This document shows positions 32,868-36,437 of a stretch of 36,437 nt of DNA, in pieces. Source of the DNA: Myxococcota bacterium. GTDB lineage: Bacteria > Myxococcota > UBA4151. The first letter of the stretch is position 1, and each line of letters opens with the position of its first letter. Position numbers and translations under genes: made by a program. The notes under the pieces are model-generated. The model did no database searches. It was not told the DNA's origin and worked only from the letters and a program-made list of their open reading frames with translations. The stretch spans positions 1 to 36,437 of the forward strand of contig JAYZBQ010000047.1 of NCBI GenBank assembly GCA_036338695.1. The letters run 5' to 3'.

Positions 32868-34853
32868 CTATTGGGGCTCGCACTGACCAATCCAGCGGTT
32901 GTTCCACGACGGCACGCTCTCGCATGACCAGCCCGACGGACACTCCGGCGGATTGTAGTTGGCGCCCAGACGACAGACCTTGGTGCACATTCCGCGTGCG
33001 CTGCCCTCGCCACCGCAGTGACCTGCCGTCCAATTGTTGTCAGCGACCCGATCGCACTCACTCGACTCCTGACAGGCGCTGCCCATGTTCAAGACCGCCT
33101 CGCAGGAGCTCGTCTGCCTCGGCCGAGCCCAGCCGCCGATGTAGTTGACCGGCTCGCAGAACCCTCTGTTGCAGCGGGTACCGCCGATGCAATCTTCGGC
33201 TCGCTGGCAACTGCTTAGGCAGCGGTTGCGTGGGTTGTCTCGAGAGACACCCCGACAGCTCATGCCACCCGCACACGGTGTTTGGTCATTGCAGGCCTGG
33301 CAGTAGAGCGCGCCGTTGGCGCCATCCACACAGACCCCCCGCTGCACATCGCACTGCTGATTCTGACCACAATCGCTGTTCTCCGCGCACTGCACGCAGC
33401 TCAGCTCTTGCGAGCACACGCGCCCTTGCCCGCACTGCGCATCGTTAGCGCAACGCTCACACGACAAGGTCTGTCGGTTGCACAGCCAGCCCGCTTCGCA
33501 GTCACTTTCTTGTAAGCAGTCCACGCAGCGGCTGTTAAGCCGGTCGCAGACCTGCTCGCCCGGACAACGAAAGCCGTTCTGCCGGGTGCAGCGGTACGCG
33601 CACTGATTGTCGACGCAGGCGTACCCGCGTGGGCACGCGTCGTCATTGCGACACCCCGTCACGCATTCGCGGTCGGTACAGATCTGTCCGTTGGCGCAGT
33701 TTCCGTCTTCGACGCAGCCGTCGACGCAGGTGCCTGGCGTGTTGCCTTGAGCGCCCTCACAGTACTGACCTGCGTTGCACTGATCCGAGTTCAAGCACTG
33801 GCTCACGCAGTCGCCGTTGGAGCAGACGTTGTTCACGGGACACTCGGCGTCGACACGGCACCCTTCGCGGCAGCTGTTGTCGACGCAGGCTTGACCTGCG
33901 GGGCACTCGTCGTTGACGCGGCAACCGGGCGCGCACTGACTCTCACCGTTACAGAACTGGCCTTGTGGGCAGCCCTCGTCGTTTCGACAGCCGGGAATGC
34001 ACTGACCGTCCTCGTTGCAAACGGTCCCAACCTGACAGGCTTCGTTGCTCCGGCAGCCGTTCACACACTGACCTTCACGGCAGACCTGGTCATCAGGACA
34101 ACGCGCTGTCTCGATACAGCCCGGCACGCAGAGGTTATCAGCGCACAACTGGCCCAGTCCGCAGCTTTCGTTGTCCCGGCAACCCGCCTGACAGCGGGTC
34201 TCAACGCAGATCTGACGCTCAGCGCAGGCGGCGTCCTCGCGGCAGCCGACACGACACACCTCGTCCTCGCAGATGTGCGCCTCAGGGCAAGCGTCATCGC
34301 TGCGACAACCCGCGCGGCATACGTCATCACGGCAGATCTGGCCCGCCGGGCACGCGCCGTCTCCGCGGCAGCCATCGACGCAGCGGTTCTCAGCGCAGAT
34401 CTGGTTGCCCTCGCAGGCTTCGTCATTACGGCATCCCGGGACGCACGACTCGTCAACACAGATGGAACCTGCGCCGCAGGCCTCGTCATTTCGACAGCCC
34501 TCTCGGCAACGACCGGTCACGTCACAGATCGCGCCGTCTGGGCAACCCGAGTCGTCAACGCACTGGTCGACGCAGCGGGAATCAAGGCAGTACTGACCTT
34601 GCGGACAATTGATGTCGCTCAAACACTCAGGCTCACTCGTCCCAGCATCTTCGGGCGTAACGACGCTTGCATCTGGACCGGGTGCGACGCCCGCATCGCC
34701 AGGACTGACGGGATCCCCGGCGTCTGCTTGCGCCGATGCGTCAGCGGTCGGAACGGGCGTCTCGCCAGCATCCAACTCAAGCCCCGGCGCGCTGACCGTT
34801 TGCGCGCACGACATCCAGACCATCCCAAAGACCATCAACCAAGCTGACCGCAT
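32868..34853 (-). CDS. Cys-rich tandem-repeat lipoprotein (661 aa)
   Basis: GAGGAG SD; lipobox-like WMSC; DAG/DAS-rich linker; 20 repeats of four Cys each; Cys-rich C-terminal domain. Confidence 0.9.
   Translation of the reverse strand: MRSAWLMVFGMVWMSCAQTVSAPGLELDAGETPVPTADASAQADAGDPVSPGDAGVAPGPDASVVTPEDAGTSEPECLSDINCPQGQYCLDSRCVDQCVDDSGCPDGAICDVTGRCREGCRNDEACGAGSICVDESCVPGCRNDEACEGNQICAENRCVDGCRGDGACPAGQICRDDVCRAGCRSDDACPEAHICEDEVCRVGCREDAACAERQICVETRCQAGCRDNESCGLGQLCADNLCVPGCIETARCPDDQVCREGQCVNGCRSNEACQVGTVCNEDGQCIPGCRNDEGCPQGQFCNGESQCAPGCRVNDECPAGQACVDNSCREGCRVDAECPVNNVCSNGDCVSQCLNSDQCNAGQYCEGAQGNTPGTCVDGCVEDGNCANGQICTDRECVTGCRNDDACPRGYACVDNQCAYRCTRQNGFRCPGEQVCDRLNSRCVDCLQESDCEAGWLCNRQTLSCERCANDAQCGQGRVCSQELSCVQCAENSDCGQNQQCDVQRGVCVDGANGALYCQACNDQTPCAGGMSCRGVSRDNPRNRCLSSCQRAEDCIGGTRCNRGFCEPVNYIGGWARPRQTSSCEAVLNMGSACQESSECDRVADNNWTAGHCGGEGSARGMCTKVCRLGANYNPPECPSGWSCESVPSWNNRWIGQCEPQ
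33324..34628 (-). repeat. 20 tandem ~21-aa (about 63-nt) coding repeats, consensus GCRxDxxCxxGQxCxxxxCVx
   Basis: Hand segmentation of aa 76-510, e.g. GCRNDEACGAGSICVDESCVP and GCRNDEACEGNQICAENRCVD. Confidence 0.92.
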
Positions 34854-34920
34854 ACCATCACTCCTCTAACGCCACTAAAGTAACCGACTTCAGCCTATCG
34901 TGCCACCCAGGTGGCTCAGC

Positions 34921-35331
34921 TCAGTCGGACGGCTCCTCTAGAAGGTCTTTCGGACCAAATCCGTGAGGATGTAACTCAGAAAATTGGATCCGGAGCTCCT
35001 CGCCGCTCGTTCCGACGCATAAAATCTCAAAATCACCGTGGTGGTGGAACTCTGCCAGCACCTGACGGCACAGACCGCAGGGCGTCTTTGGCTCCTGCGC
35101 CGGCGTGACCACGACCAACCGCTCAATGCGCCGTTGCCCCGCAGAGACCATGGCGGCGACGGCGTGACGCTCTGCGCAGACCGTGGCGCCGATGCTGGCG
35201 TTTTCGACGTTGCATCCAGCGAAAACCTGCCCATCGCTTACCAAGGCAGCGCCCACCTTGAACTGACTGTAGGGCGCATACGCGCGCTCTTGCGCCGCCC
35301 GAGCGGCGGCGACGAGCTCATCCCAGGTCAC
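34921..35331 (-). CDS. cdd: Cytidine deaminase (homotetrameric, three-Cys zinc type)
   Basis: AYAPYSQFKVGAAL, GCNVENAS, VCAER, PCGLCRQ; GTGA overlap with punA. Confidence 0.95.
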   Translation of the reverse strand: MTWDELVAAARAAQERAYAPYSQFKVGAALVSDGQVFAGCNVENASIGATVCAERHAVAAMVSAGQRRIERLVVVTPAQEPKTPCGLCRQVLAEFHHHGDFEILCVGTSGEELRIQFSELHPHGFGPKDLLEEPSD

Positions 35332-36179
35332 GAGATGCGCTCCATGAGGTGCGGCACCCCTGCGCGTAAGAGCCGAACGAAGCGCTGCGCCGCAGCGCCT
35401 ACGACCTCGGTCACGTCGGCATGGGTCAAAACCTCTTCGCCGTCATTACCCGCCGCATAGTTTGAGATGCAGCTGACCCCGACCACCGGCAGGCCGACCT
35501 GACGCGCCACGAGGACCTCGCCGACCGTGCTCATACCGATCGTATCGGCTCCGAGCAGCCCGTACATGCGGACCTCCGCTGGACTCTCATAGCCCGGCCC
35601 GAGAACGCCGACGTACACGCCCTTCTTCAAGGGGTCGCCGAGCGACGAGGCGAGCTCATCGAGACAGGCACCCAGCTGACGATCATAGGGTTGACCCATG
35701 TCCGGAAAGCGCGCCCCGAGGCGCTCATCGTGATCACCGACGAGCGGGTTGGTGCCCTGCAGATTGATCTGATCGGTGATCCGCATCAGGTCGCCCGGCT
35801 CCAAGCCCTTGCCGGAGATCCCACCGCTTGCGTTCGTGACCATGAAGACCCGTGCGCCCAGCGCAGCGGCCAAGCGCGGCAACAGCCCCGCTCTCCATGG
35901 CTCGATGCCCTCATAAAGATGCATTCGCCCCGAGAAGATAAGGACCCGATAGCCCTCCATCATACCGTAGACGAGCTCACCTCGGTGCCCCTTAACGGTC
36001 GCTGACTTGAAGCCAGGGAGGTCCGTATAGGGGACTCGGATGGCGCCCTCGAGCGTCTCCGCAAAGGCGGACAAGCCCGATCCGAGCACCACGGCGAAGT
36101 CGACGCCTTGGACGCCGGCGCGCTGCGCGGCCTCTCGGGCTTTACCGACCAAATCGACGAGCTCGTTCGCTGCGATCAC
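35328..36179 (-). CDS. punA: Purine nucleoside phosphorylase (trimeric type)
   Basis: VVLGSGLS, GRMHLYEG, VTNASGG, GPGYESPAE, GADTIGMSTVGE, SCISNYAAG. Confidence 0.93.
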   Translation of the reverse strand: MIAANELVDLVGKAREAAQRAGVQGVDFAVVLGSGLSAFAETLEGAIRVPYTDLPGFKSATVKGHRGELVYGMMEGYRVLIFSGRMHLYEGIEPWRAGLLPRLAAALGARVFMVTNASGGISGKGLEPGDLMRITDQINLQGTNPLVGDHDERLGARFPDMGQPYDRQLGACLDELASSLGDPLKKGVYVGVLGPGYESPAEVRMYGLLGADTIGMSTVGEVLVARQVGLPVVGVSCISNYAAGNDGEEVLTHADVTEVVGAAAQRFVRLLRAGVPHLMERIS

Positions 36180-36230
36180 TCCCTACTCCTCTTTCGGCGA
36201 CAGCCACGCCCATCTTCACAGAACTGAGCG

Positions 36231-36437
36231 CTAAAGCAAGATCCCCACAACACATGCGGTCATATAGGCCGCGAGGTTGCCAGCGATCATGGCGCGCAGG
36301 CCCAATCGAGCGAGGTCCGAGCGGCGCTCCGGCGCGATCGATCCGATCCCACCGATCTGGATCGCAATGGACGAAAAATTGGCAAATCCGCACAGCGCGT
36401 AGGTCAAGATCACCGCGCTTCGACCCGAGATCGGGTC
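36231..36437 (-). CDS. nupC: NupC/CNT family nucleoside transporter, C-terminal fragment (5' part outside the window)
   Basis: [44 protein letters not shown] is the CNT C-terminal signature; upstream of punA-cdd. Confidence 0.92.
   Translation of the reverse strand, partial: DPISGRSAVILTYALCGFANFSSIAIQIGGIGSIAPERRSDLARLGLRAMIAGNLAAYMTACVVGILL

Noticed and set aside
33324..34628. CRISPR array or TraA kin-recognition receptor
   Set aside because: The repeats are degenerate in-frame coding units with no repeat-spacer structure or cas genes. There is no MYXO-CTERM tail and no adjacent traB/OmpA gene.
34890..34915. Sigma54 promoter (TGGCAC on the - strand) and GCCAC/GTGGC hairpin upstream of the Cys-rich lipoprotein
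   Set aside because: The -12 position reads GCTG rather than TTGC at the required spacing, and the short hairpin has no U-tract.

Overview
GC-rich bacterial chromosomal segment. Gene content and synteny point to Myxococcota or a related deltaproteobacterium (inference). I saw no mobile element or CRISPR array. Left arm (- strand): a short Ppx/GppA, then a methylmalonyl-CoA mutase missing from the ORF track. It runs off the left edge and is an in-frame fusion of a degenerate small (MutA-like) subunit to the catalytic large (MutB/ScpA) subunit. Centre (+ strand, ~26 kb): tolR-tolA-tolB without tolQ or pal; pilMNOPQ; two paralogous Cys-containing lipoproteins; a 77-aa TPR-remnant protein; an MglC-like roadblock protein; aroQ, efp, accB, accC; an internally duplicated MORN/YwqK-repeat protein; an SgmX-like TPR protein; tRNA-Gly(CCC); a beta-propeller-like lipoprotein; a TonB-C protein; a Ser/Thr kinase; a DUF3857-like lipoprotein; folD; and an EEP hydrolase. 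Right arm (- strand): nupC (partial)-punA-cdd, a lipoprotein with 20 Cys-rich repeats, a ClpA-like ATPase and a DUF2520 oxidoreductase. The best candidate for an undescribed system is a heavily elaborated type IVa pilus machine. PilQ carries a 101-aa linker with 83 Asp/Glu, PilN and PilO end in polybasic tails, PilN and PilQ have loop insertions, two paralogous lipoproteins follow pilQ, and a structured RNA element lies in front of pilM. Other oddities are the MutA-MutB fusion, an SD-sequestering hairpin with a uORF before ppx, and a lipoprotein whose best start codon lies inside the tRNA. All family calls come from motifs recognised by eye; no searches were run.
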